The notes under the pieces: model-generated
The model's input: only the letters and a program-made list of their open reading frames with translations
Databases searched by the model: none
Told to the model about the DNA's origin: nothing
Assembly: GCF_001949145.1 (NCBI RefSeq)
Contig: NW_019091355.1
Span: 3,950,646-4,014,645 of the forward strand
Source of the DNA: Acanthaster planci
Lineage: Eukaryota
Length of the DNA stretch: 64,000 bases
Reading direction: 5' to 3'
Position numbers and translations under genes: made by a program
Part shown: piece after piece, positions 52,601-64,000 of the stretch
Numbering within the stretch: position 1 is the first letter of the stretch
How the letters are laid out: each line of letters opens with the position of its first letter

Positions 52601-53498
52601 AATTAATCGGGGAGACAAAATGGCTTGTTTACGCTTGATTTGACACGACAGTGATACAAGATGGCAACGCTGGGAAATCCCGTAGCCTTCCGCCCTGCCT
52701 CAACCGTGCTCCAACTGTCAATTACCAGCTTTGCGTTGTGTAAATGGGCGTTTGTACATAACGCTGGTGTTCCAGTGATACCAGCAAGGTTTTGCAGGGG
52801 AAACGGACACTAGTGCTGGAAGTCGGAATCGTGCTGTGTCTGGTCTGATTAAACTGAGATGTAGCAGGGCCTTCCATTTTATAGAAAAGTTTATCGTGCT
52901 GTATCCAGGAGGAAGACAGAATCTTTGGGGCTATACGTTAAAGTATTAAATTGTGGGAAATAACTTGTAAAACAAAATGCGATAGTTAATGTTGGTGCCT
53001 AATGTAGGGTTCTTGTGATTACATGCTATGGCGATAGAGATGGTCTACATATTTTTAGTGACATCGGTACTGCAGGGATTGGGGATGATATTGCAGATCA
53101 AGACACACACACACACCTTCACGTTTATCCTAATACGCTAGATAGAATGAACGGCTCCTGAAACCTAGCCTGTCCTTGTCAAAACTAGCGCACACGATGC
53201 CTTACATTTTTTTAATCACTTGTTCTAGTAATTGGTTAAGTGGGATCTGATCTTCCTCGGTATGGACAGGTGGTCGCGCCCGTTAGCTACCGACTGCAAA
53301 CTCTCCTTCATGTCGCAGTATTTTTGGACCTCTCACACCTCTTGAAGCTCGGGACAGGCGAAGAAAAGAAGTCTTGTCAAATCGTGACCGCATCGGGCTG
53401 TGCTTCCGGTGATGCAATTATTGGAAAAGCATGAAGGTCGAAACCTGTGAGTGATTATACCCAATGAGTTCAGGGTGTGGGAGCAGACAAACTCAATT

Positions 53499-53516
53499 GG
53501 GGGGGGGGGGGGGGGG
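53499..53516. repeat. Poly-G tract (18 nt)
   Basis: Directly visible. Confidence 0.9.
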
Positions 53517-56500
53517 ACTGAGGAGACAATAAATATGAAATCAAAACAGTAGTCAGTATGTGGGCTTTCTGTTTGTTTGCCTTAAAGCGCTGAGATGAGA
53601 CGTGAATTTTACTACAGAGAATGTTTCGTGCACCCCGGGAGGTGGTGCGCCTCTCTGCTCGTGTTAGATGTACGAAAAACTATTTGGACATCCCTTTTGG
53701 TCAATCATATCAAAGAGTGCACATTTTCAATATGTATTTTTCCGGACAAAATATGCTGTGGCGTCTTTTCGAGCACACACCGTTCATTCGAAAAGTTTTC
53801 TCCTCGAGCCGTGAACTCAAAGTATGACCGAATAGATGAATCCGGTGACCATGGCAACGCCATCGCCGGTCACTTTTACCAGCAGCCCCGCCGACGGCGG
53901 AAAGCGTAGTGATAACTTCTCGTGCAGAGCCGCTGTTCCACGACAGTCACTCCGCTCACAGCCCGACACAGTGATTTCCGCCATTAAAGGGGGCCATCCG
54001 GAATGTCCAGTAAAACGCCATTGGATTAGTCCGACTTGTATTGTATCCTGCATTCGGTTCCACTCATATCCGGGGAAAGGCCTTCAGACATTTAAGTCCT
54101 TTCTCATGAGAGAGGGCGAGAGGAGACCCGATGTGCTTTACACTGCTTGAACGGAAGTTAGGAGTTCATTTCTATATCAGTTGCAATTTATGCCTGTAAT
54201 TTTCTTGAATATGAGTTTTCGTGATCACCGATTACTTTTATCTGCGTCTCATTCCCTCCTTGGAATGCAGTATTCTTCTCAATTTCCAGAAAGAAGGACA
54301 GAATTTTCTCTCAATGATGTTGATGAAGTTTCACATTCGGCTTCACATGCGACCACATTACACCATTCATTATACATACACATGCACATGTGTATCCTGT
54401 TAGTATTAGTTTTCGCTGTTACGCGGGTGCTTTGATCCACCACGTGTAACTGTATAACCCGTCTGTCCAGAACCGGTAGTGCATTTCTAGTGTTATGCGG
54501 GTTCCCTAATATGGTGCGCCTCGTGTAGTAATCTATCGATCTTCATAGAGGAAACAGCAACCGCACTTGAATCAGATAATTATCAAGTTTGTCAGTGAGA
54601 ACGGTACCAGTGTGCCAAACCACCAAACGTCATGCGTCAAAATCAACCCCCCCCTTCCCATAAGTACCAAGACGTTTTCATTCTAGCCCACGCATACGTT
54701 GATTATGACCCAGCCGCGCTCCTTGCGATCAGCTTATCCGTCTAGCGCTCAAATCCGGATTACAACGATATCTCTGACTTTGGATTCTTTCAGACCAGAC
54801 TTAATCCTTGTCCCCCCCTGGCATGGCAAAGCTACTTACATATCGGAAGCGAAGCTGGTAGTGAATTGACGGTGTTGCCTGCGTGGGGGGATGCCTCTGT
54901 GATGTAACGGATCGGGGGCGGTGGGCGCAAATCTATATTTTGCCCGACTACAACTTGACAAGGCACCGTCACAATCAGTCCTTTGAAAACTGCAGTCGTT
55001 TTGCTCAGGCTCAAATAGCACAGAGGAGAAAGTGTTCCCTTGCTTGTCACTTTCTCCCCCGGGACCTTCTTTTGCAACTGTTGGTTGAACGTGAATAAAG
55101 TAGATCAACTTCGTGGGCTGTAAGCAGGTATGTTTCATCATGAAAGTTTGCGTGTAGGCCGTATAGGCCCAATAGTATTATGACATACGAAAGTGCACCA
55201 GGCTTATGTAATTCCGGACGAGTAGGGCCGATCTTGGGTGCATACATGCATTTCTTAAATCTGATGGTACTTTGTACTATGTATCCATACGTGTGTATCT
55301 CCGATGTTCACTACAATTTGCATTTTACTGCAAAAAGAAGTCGTAGACTTTTCTTGTAATGCGCACGATTTCCGGGCGCAGTGTGCAACAGTGAAGAGGA
55401 GAGCCACCTCGAGTCAGTGATTTGCGCGTCCGATGCTCTTATGACACATTCGGAAACAGTGTCGGAGACAAAAGGTGGCTTCACCTTTCTTTTGTCTCCG
55501 GCGTTTCGCGCTATCAAAACAAAGATGGTGGCTTGGCAATTAATGCACTTCTCTCTACCACGAGTCGCCTACATGTCACATGCGTGTAAGTAGTATTTGC
55601 CGTATTGCCTGGGGGTAATGATAATATACATGTATATGGAGAGCTGAAGCCTGTTGGGATCGCTGTGAAACTCCACACATGACGCACGGGTGAGCGTGGC
55701 AGCCGGGAACGCTCTGCGTTTCTCATGCCTTGATCTCTTGGAGTGCCGAGGCTGGCATGGCAGCAAGTGAGCGGAGAGGAAACGTGATATAGCGGCTGCA
55801 AAGCCGGTTCAATGTCAAGCCCGCTTGGCCCAGCTCCCGGCTATATGGGTGCCTTGGGAAGGTCCCTTGTACTTTGATGGTAACCGGAGTTGGGCCATAC
55901 GGCTGTTGTGGAAACACACTCACACAGAAAAAACTCGAGCTTCCGAAGGAGAAAAAAAAAAGCTCGGCATATTTGATGACTGTTCACGTGAGACCGTCAG
56001 ACAAGTGGTACATTACTGGGCGGTGAAGATAAGATTGGAGGTTGTCCCGTCTTTGGTGGTTCTGACTCAGCGCCAACGTAACTCGTTAAGCGTGCTCTCT
56101 ACTGGGTTGCACAACCTAGGCATCATAAATTACAAACTCAAGCAAGCTTACCTTCTGCACTGCAAAGCCTATGTTTAGTAAATAAGCACTTACTAAACAC
56201 TTTCTTGCTATTGGTTTGTAAATATGGTCACATTACTAAACCGTTTATTGTGTTGGGGAACGATGTTTATCAACTGAACACTGACGTTTAGGAACTGGAC
56301 AAGTTAAGTTCCTCTAAACATGACGTTTGGTAATGTTTCAAGATTTGCGTTTTCATTGGTAAAATAGTTTTTAGTTTGTATGTTGAGTGGAACAATGATG
56401 GAACCCTTTTACGTGCAAAACGACACTCACTCGAATCTGCTGACTCTATTGCAGCATTTCCTGTGATTGATTTCACATTTTTTGGAGTATCGGGAAAGTG

Positions 56501-57098
56501 TCAGAGAGTACGCGGTTACATTCTTCTCACTTCCTCTTTCGGTTAAAGGCAAAGAAAGATTTTTTCTTGAGTGTACACTCGATCTTTATGGTTTTTACAT
56601 CATTGCGTCCGTGTTCCTGGAATGGTTCCCTAGAGCTTTTCTGTACGTCAAAAGTTATTAACATACTCGGAGTACCAATCCCGGCTGTACGGTTAATAAA
56701 ACAGGTCCGATCCAACAGGTAGTTTAATTCCTGAAATCTGAGTTCAACACAAGCAGGACGCACATGACAAGCGCATCTCGAAAAACGGTTGTACTCTGTA
56801 CATCCAGAGCTCCGATGTAACGATTTCCCATAGGGTAAAGTGCTCTTTGAGTATACGGACCACCTGAGCATCGTAAGAGAGATAAAAGTTCCCGGTAATT
56901 GCGCCGTTTGCCCGTGGAAACAATCAGCCTGCTGTTTTAACCCCAAATGACGTCCCTCGACTTTTTATGGCTCGCCATAAAAAACAAGGTAGCCATTAAA
57001 AACGGCAAGCTAATGTTGTTACGATTCTAATACGATTGCCATATTTCGTTTGAATTTCTCTTGTAGGTGTTTACCACCATCATCACTTCAGCAACGCC

Positions 57099-60000
57099 AT
57101 GTTGAAGTCAGTGTACCAGGGTTTAGCCAACGCCTGCAGCATGGTTGACTGCTGCTTCGGCCTCAGGCCCTGCCACCAGGCCGTCTTCCCCTGTATTCGG
57201 AGCTGCTCCTACGGGGACCGTAAAGTCTTCTACAACTACGACGGCACGGAGACCGTGGAGCCCCTGGTGGACTATTTCAAGCCCACCAACACGCCGGTCA
57301 AAAGGAACATGATCAGGGGTGAGTTCCTGGGCTCGAATGCCTCAGAGATTTTAGCATTTATATTCGGCGTGGGGAATCTCTTCGGAGTTATACTATTTGT
57401 TGTCTTCAGCGTGACTGTTATTTTTAGACTGCCAGAATACGGGTCATTTGTAGGAGTGTGGATTTGGCCCACTTACAAGATTTGTTCTTCGACGTGACGA
57501 TAAGCCTGTAACACGCATCTGTGCTTGAGCGCATGGACAAATGTTAGCGGTGCGTTATCAAATGTTACTTAAACCAGTCACAGCCCGTGCAGTTCGTATT
57601 TGATACGGACAAAAGCTAATTTCGTGAATCCACGGGCGTCAATTGATGCGTGTATACTTGGATTTGTTCATATTATAAGATTATGGATATGGGCCTACAT
57701 GATATAGTCAACTGGAGAGATTATACAGCATGTCTGCCCAAGAGAGCAAGCAGGTGTAGCCTCGATCTTCAATGCAATTTGTCTGGCATCTGTATAGTGT
57801 TTTCAGCGTTGATTCCGGAAGAATTAAGGACGCGGGCGAATACTGCGAGTCTACTTTGGCACTCTTTTGTCTTAGAGCCATCAGAGAGAGAGAAACAAAA
57901 TAATGATCAGAGGATGTGGAGAGTTGGTTTAAAAGGAAGGAGTGTTTTTTTTTCGGAAGCATTCTTGGGTGGGATGGGGGGGGGTAGATGATGGACATAA
58001 TGCCGGCACTGACAGACCGTAGTGAGACAAAAGGGTACCGCGTTGCATCGCGTGCGACCCGCTACCTTAGACACCCACAGCTGCGCCTTGGAAGGGAGCC
58101 TCCTTCATAATCATACCTCGTATTGCGTCTTAATCGCCGGGTGGACAGTACAGTGAACCACTGGGGGGCAGGGAGGCAAGGCTTGGGTGTCGAGGTGTGT
58201 CGGGGTCTCGGTGTCCCGTACGCGTCAGACCCTCTTTTGAGCTTGGGGGGAAAGGAATACAACATGAAATCCCGTTCCTCTTCCCCTGGGAGTCACCCAG
58301 ACCACGGAATGTTTGAAAATAGTGCAGTTGCCATCATGCACTTGGTAGGTGTTTTGTGAGAAGAAATACCACACAGCGCTGAGCGGAAAGCCAGATGCTG
58401 ACACCGCTTCTGATGGCTTCTCTTTCTGATTTTTTTTTTCTTTCTCTCTCTCTCTCGACTTCGTCGATGGAGATTTCCAAATTTACCAACAATTTGTTCT
58501 AGTACAGGTGCTAATCCGCGCCCCTGCGTGAAAAGACTTGAGTGTTCCCTCGGGGCGATCGTTTCGTCGGGCTAAACGCTCGGCACAAGGACAAAAGTGT
58601 CTGTACTTTGGTTGCCGTGACACGCTGCCAAGTTGTTAACTAAATTTGGAGAGAGAGAGAGAGAGAACAAAGTCCCAGCAACCTTGCTCCCAACCAGCTC
58701 TGGCTCAGGCATAACTCGGGGCGTTTCCAGCGCCAAGGCCCCTCTACCCTTTGTGGTGAGGACACGCTAGCTGGCTCCCGACTCGCCTGGGGCTCTATGA
58801 ATGCCAAATCATTGACGAAATGTGAGCAAATTCAAAACGCGATACCCTAAAACTTGCAGTTGCCAAGGTCAGGTGTTGGCAAAGTCAGTTGCAAAGGAAT
58901 GTGCCCGCAATAGTCATTTCATTGGGCACGTTTTTGCATGTGAAAGCTGGCTTGATTTAATCTGACACAAATACCACGGACATTTAGCAAAGTAAAATGC
59001 CTAAAATGAACTCGTTTTTGCATGTTGTTGAAAGCGTTTTTTACTGACTAGCGATACGAGTTGACGAGTCATCTAAACAAAACTTGAGAAATTTGGGCAC
59101 AATCTTCACCTTCTTTTTATATGGATAATAAAAGTCAATCTACACAGCATCTCACCTTTTCGCCTGTTTCAATGCATTGCAGGGGTGAGATTTGTCAGGA
59201 TATTTCCCGAATTCAAACAATCTCTTTTAATATCTGAAAAATTCTGAGTTTACCGCTCAACTGTTCTTATGTACCAAAGTTGACACAGAACACAAGAAAC
59301 TGATAATGTAAGGGGCGCCTTTAGGCAAACACATATACCATAGACCTAATGTTACTGTGAGGCCCTCCGAAAACCTCTGTTAATTATTTCCTGGATATAT
59401 CAATTTTCCTTCAATCTCACCCCTGGTGTTGACCAGCCTCCAGAATACCCATCAACATTTTCCACGTTGTTTGTCGAATTAAAAAAAAACTCTCGAAAGT
59501 TAGAATAACTAACTCGCTCAAGTACTCCGTACTGTAGGGGGCGTGTTGCCTTGTTGTGAAGGTTTGTAGTTATAGGGTCGGGGGTCCGAATCCAGCTGTT
59601 GGCAGCATGTTGTGATCTTAGGTATGAGTATGCCACTTGACCGCTGTGTGCCTCTCCATCCGGGAGTACATGGGTACCTGTGATGACAGACATGGTAATG
59701 TGTAGCCGTTTGCGTCTTGTTTGCAATGGCAGCATCGGGCTAGTGTACTCCTTAGGGAGCTGAGATGTTCCATGTTGTGAGCCCAATGTGCAGGGATAAT
59801 GATAAAATATCAGTGCCTTTGAATTGCAGATAAACTGTTAGATAACGTGCGCCTTATAAATGCTTTGATATCATTATTATTGTTGCTATATCTACTCTCA
59901 ATCTCAAATAAGAATAGGAATAAATGGCTGTCCTTTTGCCATTATCATCAGGAATGAAGTTGGACAAAGCTGAACTGAAACAGGGTCTTAACCCTGTCCA

Positions 60001-63000
60001 ACAAATAGCTGCTGTCGTCCGCTTTGCTCAGCAGAATGATCTGAAGGTACGCGCCGTTGGCACGGGCTCGTCCTGGTCCAAGCTGACCAACGTCAGGGAC
60101 GTACTCATTGGTGAGTTCCGCCCATTTTGGGGGGCATCTCGTAATTGATTCAAAGCATTGAACCCTTATCAGGATTGTACAGTACTGTCCGAATCACATT
60201 CGTTCCATGGCATGCAAAGTGGAACACATTTTGGGTGTGCTGGTAATTATACAAAGGCATGCAGTGAAGTCTAATCGTCGACTTCTTGACGGTAGTTCAA
60301 CCTTGGTCCCAGATTCCATTCAGCGTTAGAATAATATCGAATTTTTCTAGTGTAATCTTGGCATTGTTAAAGGTTGTCTGTGGTTATCAGCTATCCTGAT
60401 TAATTAGACACTACTGTCTAGTCCAAAGACTGACGGTTGTCTGGTAAAAGTTTCGAGTCACTATTCTGCTAACGTGAAAGGCACATTGTGGCTGTATTTT
60501 TTTTTTTACATCTAAAATTCTTGAGGACAATTCGAGCCTCAGTTTAGGCAGCAGAATGAATGCAAGGGAACAAGTCAACGCAAATTGTCACCCGTACTAC
60601 TCGGTGTAAGGGTCAGATTTTAAAAACCTAAACGTGCTTCCCTATCAAAAACCCAACTTTGGAACTGACCGGAAATTTCTTGACGCCACCAGACATGACG
60701 GACCTGAACAAGATTCTCCGGGTAGAGAAGCAGACAGAGGACGGCTCGCTCTACCACATCGAGGTCCAGGGCGGGATGAAGCTGCACGACTTCGTCCGTG
60801 TCATCGACGAGGATTACGGCATGAGTCTACCGTGTATGGGCAACTACGCCGGTCAGACCATAGCCGGCATCATCAGCACGTCCACGCACGGCACGGGCCA
60901 AGACTATCCCACTATGGTAAGCCATTTACAGGACCTAGATCATAGCAGTTGGGTCATGTCGAACCAAAATTCTACTTTTGTCCTCGAATCTAACCCCGTG
61001 GACTGTTTCCTGGAGCCCTGCAAGTCAAACAATTAATGAGACAAGTTTACAAGCCAGAATTTCATGGCTGCATGTCACTTGCGACTAAGTGCTTTATTGT
61101 GCGCAGCAAGGAGATGAGGCTAACGTAGAATGCGTCAAAGTTCCTGATCGTTCCATTCCTTTTGTTTCAAACTGTGTTTTCACACTTCAAATTTGAAGTT
61201 GCACCCTGCGCTTTTCCCTTTTTGGTGTAAAAGGCTTCGATGGAACCTGAAGTTCTAACACGGATGTTAACCAATTCAAGATATCATCACGTATTCCGAA
61301 TGTACTCGTACTCACGCATTGCCCCGAGCTATGTGACATTGCTGTATAGCGTCTAATCTCGTGGGCCCCCAACTCAAGGTTAGACAGTGGGAAAAAAAGG
61401 TGTTTCGGATGAATCCCGCGCACTTGGTGAGCAAGTCCGCCAAGGTTTCTCCTCGAGTGTAATGAGGGTGTTCTTCAAATCACGAAGGACTTGACACAGT
61501 GTGGCCTTGTTTTCCTTGCCGGTAGGTCTGCCTATACGTGCCTCGTCGTGGTTCGATTGAACCGGTCCGCGATTCTTCGAGGCCTGGTATGGATTAATTT
61601 CTATAGGAAGGTATCTTGAGATTTCTCCAGAGAGACAGCATTTTCTTCAACTCTGACATCTTCAAGGGGCAACAATGTCTCAGCATGATTGATTCAGAGC
61701 TTGGTTTGGGGTGTTGTTTTTTCCTCTTACCAGTTGGGTCTTTTGTAGACTGGTCGGCGATCGTTTCTACATATGCCCTTGTGTTTTATGTGTTCATAGC
61801 AACATTCTGACACGTAGTGAGTGACTTGTGAAATAGTTTTATGGGTCGCGAGCGGCATCCTTTTCAGCCTCTGTGTTTTCTTAACGTTCGAGTAATCTTT
61901 TTTCTTCCCCTTCTTTACCCTAGTCCAACTTTGTAGCTGAGCTTCACATGATAATTTGTGGGGGTATCGAGGTGCGAATCAGGATACCGAGAGAAGGGGA
62001 AACAGACGAAGATTTCGAGACGGTACGACAGCGGGTGGAAGCGGCCAAGTACGGCGACCCTGTGCTGGACATCCACAGCACCGACGTGTTCCGTGCCGCC
62101 GCTGTGGGCTTCGGCTCGCTTGGGGTCATCTACTCCGTCACTCTGACCTGCGTCCCAGTGTACAACATCCGCGAGACGAGACACTATGTCGAGATGGAGT
62201 GGCCGGAGTCGACTGCCGAGTCCAGGCCGGTCACCCAGGCTCCAAGCAGAGCTTGTAGCAGGAGCAGTTTGTCAGCCGAGCTGCCGTCCAGCGACACGGA
62301 CTCAGCATCCGGAGAATCGATACCGACGACCTCCGGTACCTGTCAAGACCAGAAATCGGTTTTCAGGATACCAGAGACGATGAAGAGCATGTCCGCCGGC
62401 CAGGGGAAGTACTTCTCGTTCTTCGTCAACCCGTTCCCGCGACGGAGTCGCGGGGACCCGCAGAGGACCGTGTTGAAGAGTGTCTACTTGTCGGGAGAGA
62501 GGACGGATGCGACGGGGAGCTGTCAATGCGACTGCTGCCTGAACTTTCAATGCTGCGCCTGCACAGGGTGTAGAGGACAGAGTGCGTGCCAGATCGTTCA
62601 GGTAAGTCGAATGCCATGGATTAGTTGAATCTGTCTTTCGATAAAATATGCACTGAGATGACACCTAGAAGTATAGGGCGGAGCACGGGAAATGAGAGAA
62701 GAAAAATTAATTTTATTTGTTTTTCCTTGCAGACAGATTGTTCAGCCTCGTGCCTGCAGCTTGGAGCGCATTGTCTGCCGTCTTTCATCCCGTGGTTCGC
62801 CGACTGTGGCCTACACCAGTTCGCTCGAGACGCTCCCTACATCCAGAAGTGGTACAACGTACTCACCTTCACCAATGGGAACTTACAGTAAGTTGGGAAC
62901 ATGTAAGAAATGAAAAGCCGTGAGCTGCCTTGCACCCTTCTCAACCTGACACAATGCAACACCAAGGAGGCCTTGCAAGCCTGATGAAAAATACGGGATT

Positions 63001-63510
63001 TATCGGTTCCCCAAGCAACCTCACCTCACAGCAAATTTTGTTGGACCGGCATTTCAAAAAATATTACTTTCATTACAACAAGAAAGTGTCTGTCATTAGT
63101 TACGCAAATGTTGAACTTGATGGTAGATTTGAGATAATGTTAGACTTAGGTTTGTGGTCTGAGTGATTTCTCGAACCATTTTTTAAAAGAATGTTTGACT
63201 GTAAAACCAAGAAGAAATTAAGTGTAAGTTGAGCAAAGTTCGTGCAAGGAAGTCTTGAAGTATGCTAGACCCGAACTCTTTATGCTTCGTTTACAGCATT
63301 AAGACGGCGGAGTATTGCATTCCCTTGGAAGACCTGGACGCGGCCCTGGCTGACATCATCAAGGTGCTGCAGGACTACGGCAAACTCTACCAGACCTACA
63401 CGCTGCTGCCCATCTACGTCCGAATGGTCAAAGCGGACGACCTGTACATGAGCCCCGCCAATCGGCACACTGCGGACGGCGGCCTCTGTGATAGATATTG
63501 CTACATCGAG
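57099..63510 (+). CDS. L-gulonolactone oxidase / D-arabinono-1,4-lactone oxidase-like FAD oxidoreductase (VAO/PCMH fold), 3' end outside the window
   Basis: Exons 57099-57318, 59952-60110, 60693-60916, 61924-62601, 62733-62887 and 63297-63510, all GT-AG and phase-compatible. Motifs KVRAVGTGSSWS, EVQGGMKL, QTIAGIISTSTHGTG, GFGSLGVIYSVTL, EYCIP and PIYVRMVKADDLYMSPA. Confidence 0.88.
59537..59883 (+). mobile_element. Degenerate tRNA-derived SINE
   Basis: GGGGGCG start, B-box-like GGTCCGAATCC, central CCTCTCCATCCGGGAGTACATGGGTACC block resembling deuterostome SINE cores, and a GCGCCTTATAAATG...(ATT)n tail. Confidence 0.6.
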
Positions 63511-64000
63511 GTAATTAATTACAAAATAATGGGTGCCAAATGAACAGGATTTCTTCCACCTGTCTACATGGGGCAGATAACACAGTTTCTTTCTTTCTCA
63601 AGGGTGTGGTCGACGGTGCCTGCCTCGCTGAAAATACATGTTCACGCACTTCGCAGAAACTAAATTCCCGCCAGTTTCGAAGTGGTATGCGCCAGAAAAT
63701 TGTTGAATAGTAATCAATAAAATTTTGACGGCACAACACACCAAGTCACCATGTTCTGTCGCATCAGGTTTGGGCAATTATGTGTATGGCCAGGGATGCG
63801 GTCAGGCGGATGCATACGTCGTAATTACTGAGAATAAGAAACGTGTAGCAGCCTATTAATCCTTACTTCACCGTTGTGTTGCATTGTTCAGGTTTGAACT
63901 TGAAAACAGAAACTCCACTGTGAAAAATGACACACCCTCAAATATGTACTTCGTAAATCTTTCAAAACCAAGAGTTTTCATGGGGATTTTCGGCATGTAC

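Noticed and set aside
35000..57000. Many 60-170 aa ORFs between the two divergent genes
   Set aside because: No recognisable domains, no coding-like composition and no consistent exon chain. Treated as chance ORFs, although a lncRNA cannot be excluded.
57099..63510. Assigning the symbol GULO
   Set aside because: The covalent-FAD His and the lactone-binding Glu are absent and there are large insertions. Orthology cannot be supported without a tree.

Overview
Eukaryotic, intron-rich genomic DNA, probably an invertebrate deuterostome (echinoderm-like; this is inferred from the gene and repeat types and not proven). Most entries in the ORF track are spurious or are exon fragments. I hand-assembled three genes using GT-AG boundaries and reading-phase continuity. 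(1) A complete minus-strand adhesion GPCR with 24 coding exons (31313 to 1242, about 1145 aa): signal peptide, EGF, pentraxin/LamG-like, HormR, GAIN/GPS, 7TM and a C-terminal PDZ ligand (-TTV). Its GPS reads HL|G instead of HL|T/S. (2) An intronless, divergent rhodopsin-class GPCR (27809-28942, +) nested antisense in the first coding intron of gene 1, next to a decayed Penelope-like retroelement. (3) The first six coding exons (57099-63510, +, running off the window) of a GULO/ALO-like FAD oxidoreductase of the VAO/PCMH fold. It lacks the FAD-linking His, has Tyr at the lactone-binding Glu position and carries unusual Cys-rich segments. The rest is intron or intergenic sequence with MITEs, SINE/LINE fragments and simple repeats. 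No prokaryote-type system such as a CRISPR array or operon is present. The best candidates for something undescribed are the atypical oxidoreductase and the GPCR-within-GPCR locus; novelty cannot be established without database searches.
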